64,000 nucleotides of DNA from Antedon mediterranea (Eukaryota > Animalia > Echinodermata). Under the pieces are notes generated by a model. The model was not told the origin of the DNA, did not search any database, and worked only from the letters and a program-made list of their open reading frames with translations. Below, piece after piece: positions 47,450 to 59,600 of this stretch (position 1 is the first letter of the stretch; the number at the start of each line of letters is the position of its first letter). The translations under genes were made by a program, and so were the position numbers. The DNA lies in assembly GCF_964355755.1 (NCBI RefSeq), contig NC_092672.1, positions 9,238,001-9,302,000 of the forward strand. The letters are read 5' to 3'.

Positions 47450-50400
47450 TTAATCAATATCAGCATCAGGAAATCGTTTTTTCAGCTTGCGTATCCGATT
47501 ACGTTCCCGAGTTGCTTCTCGTTTGAAAGTTTTCAGAGCCTGCTCTAGGTAGATCATTTTATAAGCTTGGGTCCAAGGATAATAAAAGTTTCGTTTGCGT
47601 GCAATCTGTAAAACACAATAAATCAATTTATGTAATCATATCTAATCATTTTTATTGACATCAACCATTAAGTTAAGTGGCCGAGCAGATGTACAGGTAC
47701 TCCAAACACAGGTTTAAGGCACTTCGAAGCTCTATTCTTGGTTTGGTTGTAGTCATGGAACCACATAAATGTATTTAACAGTACCATTAATTTTCTTACC
47801 TTTTTGTTGACATGAAGTGGAACATAATGTTCTCGAGCATGGGCATATCGTCTGTACCCCAAGGGAGAGGCGATCCACCGTCCAGGTTTACCTCTTTTGT
47901 ACCCTGTTTCAAGCTCATTCACAGCGGTATTTCTTTCCTTAATTACCCTCTCTAGTGCATTCATTGAATCGTCAACCTTCCAGAAGGAAATGACAATATA
48001 AATTAATATTAATTATTGATGTTGGACTCAATTTCATCTCTGTATCAAGAATTAGTTTATATAATACTGTATCAAGGAAAATAGCAAAGTTTGTGTTACA
48101 GTAGGACCTTCACTTTATCATTGGTTATTTTATGCGTACGTAAAATCCAGGGAACGTAAAATCCAGGGAACGTAAAATCAAGGTACGTAAAATAAAGGTA
48201 CGTAAAATCAAGGTACGTAAAATAAAGGTACGTAAAATAAAGGTCCTACTGTATTTGCTTTCTTTTTTTCTATACAATCATATTGGAATACTAGTACCCC
48301 TTTTACACTGCCGAGCTTATAAAAAACCTGTGTCGTGTCCGGATAAACTTCCTTTTCACACCTGATTCATTAAGCCCGGCGCACACTAGATCTTTTGGCT
48401 GAGCCAACTGGCACGAGTAACACTTGACTCACAGTGTGCGCCGGGAATTCGTGAGGCGCCGGCAACGTGTGCCGCTGAGGAAAATATCTATCGTGTTTAA
48501 TATTGTTTGCCATGCATGCCATTTTCCTCAAGTGTGCATCAAACGTGAGCAGATAGCTCACTAAAAAATTCCACTGATGTTCTGATTTATTATAATATGT
48601 TAGCGCGTGCCGTATAGCGTACCGAGTAATTATCCAATCAAAAAATCGCATACTGAAGGTGTTTAGTGATAGATAGAACACGATCACAGTTTGCAGCAAA
48701 TTTTTTAGTGAGCCAAGTGTTACTTGTGCCAGTTGGCTCAGCCGAAAGCTCTTGTGTGCACCGGGCTTTAACCAGGGAATAACATGTATGGGTTGTGTGT
48801 ATTTACACTGCAAAATATCAACACGCATTTCTGTGTGCGTCCCGGGTACAACTCGGGTTACACAATTCCGGATCAACTCTGCATTTTTTCTGGCAGTGTA
48901 AAAGGCGTATTGGAATTGAAACCCACAGTCAGTCAATATATTACAAGTGTACTTGTTTGTTAATCAAATGTCAATTAAGACTTGCAGCCTACTAGGTTCA
49001 GAGTAAGACTGAAGTGTCTTGGCACCAAACAAAGCATGTTTCTACCTTTTCTAGTCTTTCTGGGCTTGGCATAATTTTGTCTAATCTTTCGCACTCTTCA
49101 TCCAATGTAAACAACAAGTTGCGTTCTTTTAACAGAATGTACCTGCAAAAATAATTCAACATTGTGGACAAGGCAAGTGAGTGACCGAGTGGTTAAGACA
49201 GTGAAACCGTAATTACGTAGCCATAACATCAGCAAAGGTTCGAAGCTCACTCTCTCAATAATTCTGGTGGTAGAACAAGTCTTTTCGGATAAAGACTATG
49301 AACCATAGGTCTAGTGTACATTTTTGGCTCATGTTCACTTTAAAGAACCTAGTACATCTTTCGAGACCAGTAGGGAGTTACTCCGGTGTAGTATATTACA
49401 CACAACAGGCACTGTCACAAACTCATCATATACACTGGTCCTTCTGGGAGAACAGTCTTAGACTGAAGAGGCTACCCAGTATAAAGAATAAATAAATAAA
49501 TCATTTTCCTAAACTTTTATACTATAGTAGCAATATTTATCTATATTAATGCTATAAGAACTATAATTAATATGAACGGTTTCATAATTTATATTAGGAA
49601 ACATAGATTGTTATATATCTAGTGTCAGGCACTATGTTGAAATAGCATTTATTTAGTATCTGAACTCTATCTATAATAATAATAATCTTAATGTACCATA
49701 GTTTATGTAAGTCAGCATTATCCTTCAGTCGTAACTCTTCTATTGACCATGCCCTTCCTTGAAAAAAAAAAATGTAATGATTAGTCAGTTAAAAAATAGC
49801 TTATTTAAGAATTTGATAGCGGTTAGGCAGAATATTTCACACTGGTTTCTGATTATGATTTGGAAATTCTAAATCAAAAATTGAAATCTAGAGAAAAGTT
49901 TTGTTTAAGAGGTTGAGACCACTGAGAATGTTGGGAGGTCTTGGAGAGTTAAAGATGTATTGAAATGATGAAAAAATAATGATTAAACATTTTATTGTTG
50001 AATATACCATTTTAATATCACATAATATTTATCCGCTTCGACCAAAAATTAGATCGAAAAAATGTATTTACCTGAAAAAAACTGTAATTTAAAGCAAAAA
50101 ATAGTCAAATTGACTGCCAGCCAATGAATTTAACCATTTATTTTGTCATTTTATAAGTGAAAACATTAATTTTTTTCTTCTTTTTTTTCTACGGACGTGA
50201 TTAACTTTATTAAAACTACAAAAAAACCTATTCAAAAGTCTGATTTAATTAATCTTCATTTTTCATGTTTTTGGGGGACAAAACATCTTTAAGATTACCA
50301 CAGAAAATTGATATTTATGAGACATACAAACAAAAGACAAAATATCAAATACTACGGTACAATACAGTAATTATGCACTTTTGCATGACCTACTATATGA

Positions 50401-53400
50401 CCCCCAGGAGAGGTGCGCCATGGATGCACATCAGAAAAATTAAGTAACTCTCCCAGGGGTCGATAGTGGGTCATACAATTGACAAGTGCATTACCATGTT
50501 TAATCACTTGTTCACCCCTCTTCTCTTCATCTTCAAAAAATTCCTCCAGTCCATGTAGCCTTGAGCTTGTATTGAAACTTGCAGTTAAACATGGTGATAC
50601 ACTAAACTTTTGATTCAACATTACTGTTGAAGCTTTTTCTTTTAATCTATAAAAACAAGAATTGAAAAGTTTTTTGTTCAATATCATCTAAGAAAGCAAG
50701 CTTTTTGCTGACCAGGGATTCCCTTAAAATAAAATACTGTATGCGTTATAGTGTGTCAAATGAATGACGAACGATCGTTTTTTTCCATGGCAACGGACGT
50801 CGTCATATTTGCTAAAATAATATGGACATTCTGAAAGGCTACCTGCTTGTGTTTGAGCTGCGTATTGTCGGCGATAAAGATGGTTTTTAGTACTATTTAT
50901 TTTGTTTGGAAAGAACACATTTAATTTATTTTATGGTGAACAATTATAAAGCCCGATCGTCTGGCCCCGCTCATCTGCCAATCGTACTTACTAGGCTAAG
51001 CCTAGTAGGCCTACTACAGGGTTACCCTGTCCCTAGCTAGTTACTAACTAAGATACGCATATGACCGGTTGGGCCGCCGACAAGTTGAGCCGCCGGTAAT
51101 TTCTATGAAACGCCCAGTGGGTGTCACGAAACCTAAGACCACAAAAGCTAAGACCCCCTAAGACCTAAGATCACGAAAGCTAAGATCCGAGACCTAAGAT
51201 TACAAATTCTAAGATATACTAAACCTTAAAAACAATACTTGTTTATCCATACATAATTTTAAACACAGTAGGTTTCATTTATTACCATAAATATAATTTA
51301 ATACTAACGCAAAACATAGATAAACTCACATTATTTTCGACCGTTGAGTAAATGTATATTTTTTCTTTACAACAAACTTGACGGGTTGTTTGTTGGTATA
51401 TATTTACTCCATTGTGTTGGTTCAGAGGATGTTTTTCTTACGCACCTGCCTTTCTTGTATTTTGACTCCAAATTTGTTGACTAACTTTATCCTGAACACC
51501 ACACTTTAAAATTAGGACTTACTGTATAAGTACTTTTAGAAGGAGAAACACATAAAAACAAATAAATAAATCCTTTAAATTGATGATTTTCCGATGATTT
51601 TACAGACGTGTTTCTTTGTACTGTATACTGTAACTCCTTGAGCTCCCCATGCTCAATGTTTTTGTTTCTATGGAGCGCCAAAAGAGCAATAATAATAGTA
51701 CAAGTATAAAAACAGAAAGAAAACGAAACAAAAAAACTTATCATGATTTTTAAATTAAAATTTATTTGCCAGTATTTATTTCTTCGTACTTGCATGATTA
51801 TACTATTATCATTACAATTTTAATTTTACATTGTTCCATCCACACTGTAGATGGACTCCACAGAGTTTTCAGCTCTCTATATATAATTTTTGCTCTTTTG
51901 ACGTTCCATAGAAACAAAAACATTGAACATGGGGTAGGCCTACTGTATTTTGTTTGCGAGAAAAACGTCTGTAAAATCATCAATCATCAATTTAAAAATG
52001 TATTTGTTACTATTTATGTGATTCTTTTTCATGAAAGTGCCAATTCTAAGGTGTGGTATTCAGAATAAATGCTGGGAGTTAAAATACAAGGCAGGTGCGA
52101 AAGATAAATATTTGTAATCTTAGGTCTTGGGTCTTAGCTTTCGTGATCTTAGGTCTTAGGGGTCTTAGCTTTCGTGGTCTTAGGTTTCGTGACACCCAAC
52201 GCCCAGTGCGTCTTTTACAACATTTCGCGTAGTGATTAGGGTGGTGTCCTAGTACATAAGTTCATGGTCTTTAGGTTTATTGTGTCATGAAAATAATATA
52301 TAATTACATACTAAAATTGTGTTGGTTTGAAATGCCATAACAACACACCGCAAAGGAAAGTAGTCATATTGAATAATTTAATTGTTTTTAATCTTTCAAG
52401 GTAAAAATGCAGATAGATACCAGGCCTAGGGAGCTAGGCCGAATTGTAGGCCTAGTAGTAGTAGACTTAACTAGCTAGTCTAACTAGGAGTAGGCCTAAC
52501 CTTGCCTAAGACTAGGTAGTAGTAGGTTAGGCCTAGCCTAGAGTAGGCCTACTACTAGGCCTACTATAGCTATAGGCTAGAAGGCTAGTAGTAGCGGATT
52601 ACGGTCGAAGCGGCCGCCAACCAAAGCGGCCGCTAGTTCAATAACGGTAATTTGTATGGAACGCCGTGTGCGCTTTGATTGTCGTTGTTTTGTCATTTTT
52701 GATTGTCATTGTTTCGATCGTCAGGTTTTCTTTTCCTCGGACGTAAATAACAACTTACATTATTAATATTATGTAATATATTCTCTTTTTTGACAGATTG
52801 AATGTGATACCTTCTTTTAAACGAAATGGCGAATCGATGATTGCTTACTTTAACTGTTCTAAATGATATATATGTTTAATAAAGTCAATAAAAAACATTG
52901 TGGTGTTTTTATTGTATAATATATAATATGCCAATTATTAAGAATAATATATATATTTTTTCAATAAAATATATCAAATCAAAATATATATATTTGTTAT
53001 TGTATATTAATATATTAGTAAAGTAACTACTGTAAGTAGTACGTGTTCGCAAACATAATTTAATTACAATAACATGATGACATCAATCTATTTATTTAAT
53101 ATCCTAAATTGTTTTATACCTTCAGATATATAAATATTGATCAATTTAAAATTAGTTTTAAATACTAAAATAAGACGCAAGTGCCTGTACGGTACGGTAA
53201 TTAATTACGTGAATTTCTGCTAATAACTCGACTGGCGGCCGGCCAGGAATAGTGCTGTAGAAGGTCGCGTTTTCGTCTTCACGTTGCTTCATTGAAAACA
53301 CAAACAATGTATTACAATGGAATAACACTTAAATGTATAACACACCCTATTACTAATCAATAAAAACCAAGATTCGATAGTACAGTGTAAACGAGATATA

Positions 53401-55361
53401 AAAATTCGGCAATACCGTACGTAACTTATTATTGCAATACTGTATAAAGATTCGATGTAAATGAGATATAAAGATTCGGCAATACCGTACGTAAATTATT
53501 AATGCAATACTGTAAAGATTCGATGTAAATTAATGAGATATAAATATTCGGCAATACCGTACGTAACTTATTATTGCAATACTGTATAAAGATTCGATGT
53601 AAATGAGATATAAAGATTCGGCAATACCGTACGTAAATTATTAATGCAATACTGTAAAGATTCGATGTAAATGAGATATAAATATTCGGCAATACCGTAC
53701 GTAAATTATTATTGCAATACTGTATAAAGATTCGATGTAAATGAGATATAAATATTCGGCAATACCGTACGTAAATTATTATTGCAATACTGTATAAAGA
53801 TTCGATGTAAATGAGATATAAAGATTCGGCAATACCGTACATGAATTATTAATGCAATACTGTATAAAGATTTGATGTAAATTAGATATAAATATTCGGC
53901 AATACCGTACGTAAATTATTATTGCAATACTGTATAAAGATTTGATGTAAATGAGATATAAAGATTCGGCAATACCGTACGTAAATTATTAATGCAGTAC
54001 TGTATAAAGATTCGATAGTATGTAAATGAGATATAAATATACGGCAATACCGTACGTAAATTATTAATGCAATACTGTATAAAGACTCGATAGTATGTAA
54101 ATGAGATATAAAGATTCGGCAATACCTTAATAGTACGTAAATTATTATTGCAATACTGTAAAAAGATTCTATGAGATACAAGGATTCAGCAATACCGTAC
54201 GTAAATTATTAATGCAATACTGTATAAGGATTCGATAGTAAATGAGATATAAATATTTGGCAATACCGTACGTAAATTATTATATTGCAATACTGTAAAA
54301 AGATTCGATAGTATGTAAATGAGATATAAAGATTCGGCAATACCGTACGTAAATTATTATTGCAATACTGTATGAAGATTCGATAGTATGTAAATGAGAT
54401 ATAAATATTCGGCAATACCGTACGTAAATTATTATATTGCAATACTGTAAAAAGATTCGATAGTATGTAAATGAGATATAAAGATTCGGCAATACCGTAC
54501 GTAAATTATTATTGCAATACTGTATGAAGATTCGATAGTATGTAAATGAGATATAAATATTCGCCAATACCGTACGTAAATTATTAATGCAATACTGTAT
54601 AAAGATTCGATAGGAGAGTGCTCAAGAAACGTCGGGTCAAGAGGATAAAATAAACAAATAAATAAATAGTACGTAATAAATGAGACATAGAGGTTCAATA
54701 GTATGTAGATTATGATGCAAACGTAAATTATTAATGATTCGATAATATATAATGTAAATATATTTAGTTAGTTATTAATATTAAAATACAAATAAAATAT
54801 ACATTAATTTATCCGCAGGCAAACTTAATTATTATAGAAATATAAAGATTCGATAGTACATGATTTGGCTTATATTTATTTGTTTGACCATACACACAGC
54901 GGTAACTCAACTCGCCATAGGCCATGGCGTTGACAACGACAATCAAAGATTAAAGCGCACATGGCGTTCCATACAAATGACGATATTAAACTGGCGGCCG
55001 CTTTGGTTGGCGGCCGCTTCGACCATACTCCGTAGTAGCTAGGCCTAGGCCTAGTTAGTAATAGTTTATTAGATACTGATAATAATAAGGTAATTCGGGC
55101 CAGGCCTAGCTCAATTTAACTTAGACCTAGCTAGCCTATTAGGGCCTATGCCTATAGAGCCAGCTAGCCTACCCAGCATGCAGAGAAGGCTAGCTTTTAG
55201 GCCTAGCCTCCTATTAGGCTACTTACTAGCCTAGTTAGAGGTCTCACTCAGTCAGAGGCTAGGCCTAGCTGAATTTAAAACGGTAGGCCTACATACCTTA
55301 CAAATGTTGACCAATTTATACACTGAAATAGAAGCTTTCCTTTACTTAAACACCTCTGCAT
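47450..55361 (-). CDS. MRPL47: Mitochondrial 39S ribosomal protein L47 (uL29m)
   Basis: Exons 55297-55361 (MQRCLSKGKLLFQ.., transit-peptide-like), 50495-50646 (..GLEEFFED..KHG), 49697-49757 (RAWSIEELRLKDNADLHKLW), 49046-49142 (YILLKERNLLFTL..MPSPERLEK), 47800-47976 (VDDSMNALERVIKERNTA..LETG), 47450-47605 (stop TAA). Splice phases are consistent. The L47 signature GR.W...ELR.K...DLHKLWY.LLKERN is present. Confidence 0.93.
48099..48251. mobile_element. Tc1/mariner-pogo-like MITE with internal 15-bp tandem repeats
   Basis: TA|CAGTAGGACCTT...AAGGTCCTACTG|TA; ~7 copies of (gt/ga)acgtaaaat(c/a)(c/a)agg. Confidence 0.8.
48295..48909. mobile_element. Harbinger-like MITE (outer element hosting a nested MITE)
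   Basis: TIRs taccccttttacactgcc / ggcagtgtaaaaggcgta. Confidence 0.7.
48373..48767. mobile_element. Harbinger-like MITE nested in 48295-48909
   Basis: ~60-bp TIRs agcccggcgcacactagatcttttggctgagccaactggcac.. / ..gtgccagttggctcagccgaaagctcttgtgtgcaccgggct; TSD tta/tta. Confidence 0.85.
49172..49500 (+). mobile_element. tRNA-derived SINE (Meta/Deu-type core)
   Basis: A-box tgaccgagtgg, B-box ggttcgaagct, core ggataaagactatgaaccataggtc...ttaaagaacctagtacatc..., 3' (aaat)n tail. Confidence 0.75.
51119..52197. mobile_element. MULE/Foldback-like non-autonomous transposon
   Basis: ~90-bp TIRs GGGTGTCACGAAACCTAAGACC.. built from ctaagacc subrepeats; perfect 10-bp TSD aacgcccagt (51109-51118 and 52198-52207); further diverged ~250-bp inner inverted arms. 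Confidence 0.85.
52595..55031. mobile_element. 2.4-kb non-autonomous TIR element (CGG...CCG termini) containing a minisatellite
   Basis: ~90-bp TIRs cggattacggtcgaagcggccgccaaccaaagcggccgc.. / ..gcggccgctttggttggcggccgcttcgaccatactccg; flanked by tagtag/tagtag. Confidence 0.8.
53390..54612. repeat. Minisatellite with ~58-66-bp units, roughly 20 copies
   Basis: Unit gcaatactgtataaagattcgat(agtat)gtaaatgagatataaa(g/t)attcggcaataccgtacgtaaattatta(a/t)t. Confidence 0.95.
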
Positions 55362-56144
55362 TATAAATTAACCTTTAGGCCTTTTTTACGATAATAACAA
55401 AAACATCAACAACATGTGGTGTGTCCTTGTGCGCAGTCCAGAGCTTCGCTCGCCGCGACTCCAGTCTAACCTTTGAGGTCATACACGTATGGGAAGCCGA
55501 ACGTGCATTATTGAGAGAGGTATTAATTACATTATTGCGATGATGACCGACTCGGTAGATAGATATCATAATCATTGACCTATAGGTCCATGGAAAGATT
55601 AACTAATACATACATATAATACCATCTAAATCAGTTGCATAGTAATTTCTAATAATTTATTGTTTACACACATTTAATTACACTTAACCTACTGTATAGT
55701 CATATTGTATATATATAGTTTATCGATTTCACATTCAAACAATGCACAAACAAAATTATTATCAAGTTACACCGAGTCTCATTATGAGACACTTTGAAGT
55801 CGTTTAAACAAGTAATAGTTACCTCGGTTAGACCAACGGAAATTAACAGTGTCAATGGCTAATAATTGAATTACAACAGGACAGTGAGCTCCCCTCGTGT
55901 AACAGCCAACAGTACTATGTAGTATTATGTACATATTTTCCGGCGCGGCGGTTAACGGGCGTCGTGGAACTGATCGTGTCGTAGCCACATATAAACTCTT
56001 TGATCTCCGGAGCTGAGTATCATTTTCTTAGATTGCCTTGATTTGATACAAACACAATTTAAATGTTTCACTATTTATTTTCGCTAGACACACGTCAAAA
56101 ACATCAAACTTCGATATGAATAATAATGTGTATACATTTATTTA

Positions 56145-56270
56145 AGCTCTGTCTACGCTATCAAACTTATGTGACAGAAAATGTGATTTGTCAATATACG
56201 ATGATGTCATATCACTACCATATTTGGGCACACCACACGTTTCTTTGTCAAACGAGTTTGATAATGTATC
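56145..56270. mobile_element. MITE family A
   Basis: agctctgtctacgctatcaaact...gagtttgataatgta. Confidence 0.75.
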
Positions 56271-56606
56271 TATTCCTGCAATTGATATTATATATATCTA
56301 TTATTTTGAAATTACACACAAACAATATGTTATACTTTATTTGATCATGGGCGCTTGTGAAGAAACAAGTGAAAGACCAAAGTAAACCCCATCATCACCA
56401 TTAGTACGCCTATGACACTCTATAATGCAACCATACGTCACAACTATAATATTAATACTCGAAAGGTGTTATTACATTGTTAGTTCAGCCGCCGAACTCC
56501 TACAAAACACTGGCAGACCCGAAAGTTTTGAATGTTGTCGTATCTGCACCGTACAGAGACATGGACAGATATTGAGGTACAACAAAAACGCGTTCCTAGA
56601 GAGTTT

Positions 56607-59600
56607 TTAAGAAATTGTTACACGCCTTGTGTATAGTCTTCTTTGTACAGAAGGACTAAAATATCGACATGTGTTAGCGTACGGAGGAAGTGACGGTACT
56701 CGTGCAATTAGACTAAAATTCCTAATTTTGTTAATTAAATCTTGAGTCAATGGAGCATTCTTCTCTTCGTCAACGTTATTTAGTTGATTAAGAACCACAT
56801 CCGCCGTGTCTTTTATAGTCTTCCAGGCGTAATTGATGTCATCTTCAGTTGCGTTTGGGTGGCAAATAGCAAGTCTCACTATGAACTTATCGTTCAGTCT
56901 TGACGGAGTCAAATGTAACATCCGGGAATCATTAATTCTTGTTATTAATTCTTCACTTAGATTATTTTCACCCTGAAAATTGAAATATAAAGGTTTCATA
57001 CATGAAGACAAAGATCCAGTCAGTCAATTTAATCTTTGTTTGCGCTTCTTTGCCTTACGTGTGACAAGTATGACTTGTTGATATAAAATTTGCGGTACAC
57101 CATGTATATTAGTTCTGAAAAGAACTGTTGAGTTTCTCGTTTCGATCAATATGATTTGATCGTCTTCAGGAGTGAGAATACAGAAAGTCCAGGAAACTTG
57201 GAATATAATAATGTTGTTTCTGCCACTAAATTAAAATTGAGTCCCATTCATCGTATACAACATCCGTCCGGACCCGGAACTTGATAGGCTTACTTGATAG
57301 GCTTACTCATATAGGCCTACTCATAAAGTAGTTACAGAGTTGCAGGGCATTTTATCATTGTTGAATGTTTTGGTGTTAGCTTAATCGTTAAAATTGGTAA
57401 AATAAGTGATGCTGACGCCAACGAATTTAACGATATTTCTTTGTAACAAAATTTATTTTAAATGGAACGCTATAAAAATAATCCTCCGCTTCATCACTAC
57501 ATGAATACCTAACCAGACAAGAACGTATCGTTGTTACGTTTTACTATCAATCCATTTTCATATCACGCAATCCATTTTTCAACAATATAGTAGTAGTATA
57601 ATAACATTTTGATTAAATAGTAAGGTATTAGTTACAGTGTGGACTTTGAATAAACCATTAGTAATTTACTGAAAATCCCGTATGTTTTATTACCGGCCGG
57701 CGAAATAATAAAAACAATCCTCTGTTTGCTAGCACACTATAGAGTAAGTGACATTTACGGCGAACTAGAGGTGCAATTTATCATGAATTTTACGTGCGAG
57801 AGTACCATTTGCGGCCATCTAGGGGTGTCATTTAACGATTGCTTGCTCAAACACTCAGTGTCTACAGCCCTGGAGTCTTTAGGCAACCCTCTTAAAATAG
57901 TCCTGCAACCGTCTCTGAGGATTGAAACTAGCTACAGCAGAGAATTGTTTCTCATGAACAATAGTGAATGGAAACTTGGCTAAACTCAACGGTTCTTTTC
58001 AGAACTAATATACGTGGTGTATCGCAAACTTTATATCAACATTTGATTTCGCCATGCAAACCTTCAAACAATACATAAGTTTGACTTGAACAACTTTTCT
58101 AAATCTACACACACAGTTTACAACATGAAATATAAGTAAATAGCCTTACCAATAATCTAAAGCAGACAAGACCAAAACGTACTTGTCCAAGAATTTCAAA
58201 TCGATCGTCCGCACTAATTAGTGATGCAAACATCTTTGCAAGCTGTACATGCTGTAATAAAATCAAACAGAGAATATACAAATGTTAGGTTAGATGTAGT
58301 ATTTTGAAAAGTAAGTATGCCTCAAAATTTTTCAATATAAACAACACTATAAGTGTTAAGCCTGGTTTCCATTAAAATCGGTACACGCGCAGATGTCGCC
58401 GACGCAATCGGGAAGGCTCCCCGATTCATCGCAGTCAAATCGGCAAAGTTCAACCATGTTCAACTTTGCCGATTGTGTCGGATACGCGTGCCAAAGAATA
58501 TTTAGCGCTCGCGTACTAGATCCTCGACGATAAATTCTAGCGTTTCCATAGAATCGCTACGCTCTATGTCGTGTAGCGATTTTATGGAAACCAGGCTTTT
58601 CCGACGGTGGTCAATTACCAACCGGTGGAGCACCACCGCTTCCATCATGTGCTTCATCCCTACAAATGGACCGGGACCGCCAAGTTTAAACGGGGTCTTA
58701 ATCGAATGGGTACGTACCTTTCTAATGTAGTTTTGTAATCCTTGAACTCCATACGATCTTATAACAAACCATATTTTGAGAGATCGGAAACGACGACTCA
58801 GTGGTATGGTCCAATGCTGTTGGGAAATAAAGTTTATTCATCAAAATGATTTAAAATAATTCAGATAATCTATGCTAATATTATCTTTTTAAAATAATAA
58901 TATTTATATTTTTAATATAGAACCAGTAGTGAGTATAGATAGGTTAATGACCCAAAAATAACGCACTCCATCTTATACAGAATAAAAACAATACAATACA
59001 TTATTCTTAATCTTTGATTTGAGATTGTTTGTCAACAAACTATGTTGATCATTATTAATAATTATAATCAATTAAGCTTTTTTCAATATTTTTCTGGAAT
59101 AAAAATAGATACTTACACGATAGTCAATAGATTTTTCTGAAAGAAAAAACATAGTTTGACATTATTAATTTATTTTTAATTATTTATTTTAATTAAATTA
59201 TGTCCCAACTCTTGAAACTATAATATGCATTTAGTAGATATACAAGAAATAAGAAATAACACATTGGTATTCCTTTGCAATTGAAATAAAGTAAAATGTG
59301 GAAAAAAGGGGGAAAATCAGGTAAATAATTGTCGTAAAATTTTAAGAAAGTATTTTTTCTTTCGCTGTTAGTTAACAGTTTGTTCATACTGCCTTATACA
59401 TTTCAAGTACAGCATAGTTTAACCTGAAACAACAATTTAAAGAGATTGGGATCGACCTAGTCTGGGCTCCAGACAGAGTTTTGTCTTAATATTAGTAAAA
59501 ATTCAAATATGTTTGCACATATGGCGTTTCATACGTGTATTACTTGAGTTTGGATACAAAAATCAAAACGACGAAGTGTGGAATGACATAAAAAAGACAA

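Noticed and set aside
48370-48936. 188-aa ORF
   Set aside because: Spans nested MITE TIRs inside an MRPL47 intron; no recognisable domain.
53429-54698. Several overlapping repetitive ORFs (YVRYCRIFISHLH..., NNLRTVLPN...)
   Set aside because: Translations of the minisatellite in different frames; unit lengths vary by non-multiples of three.
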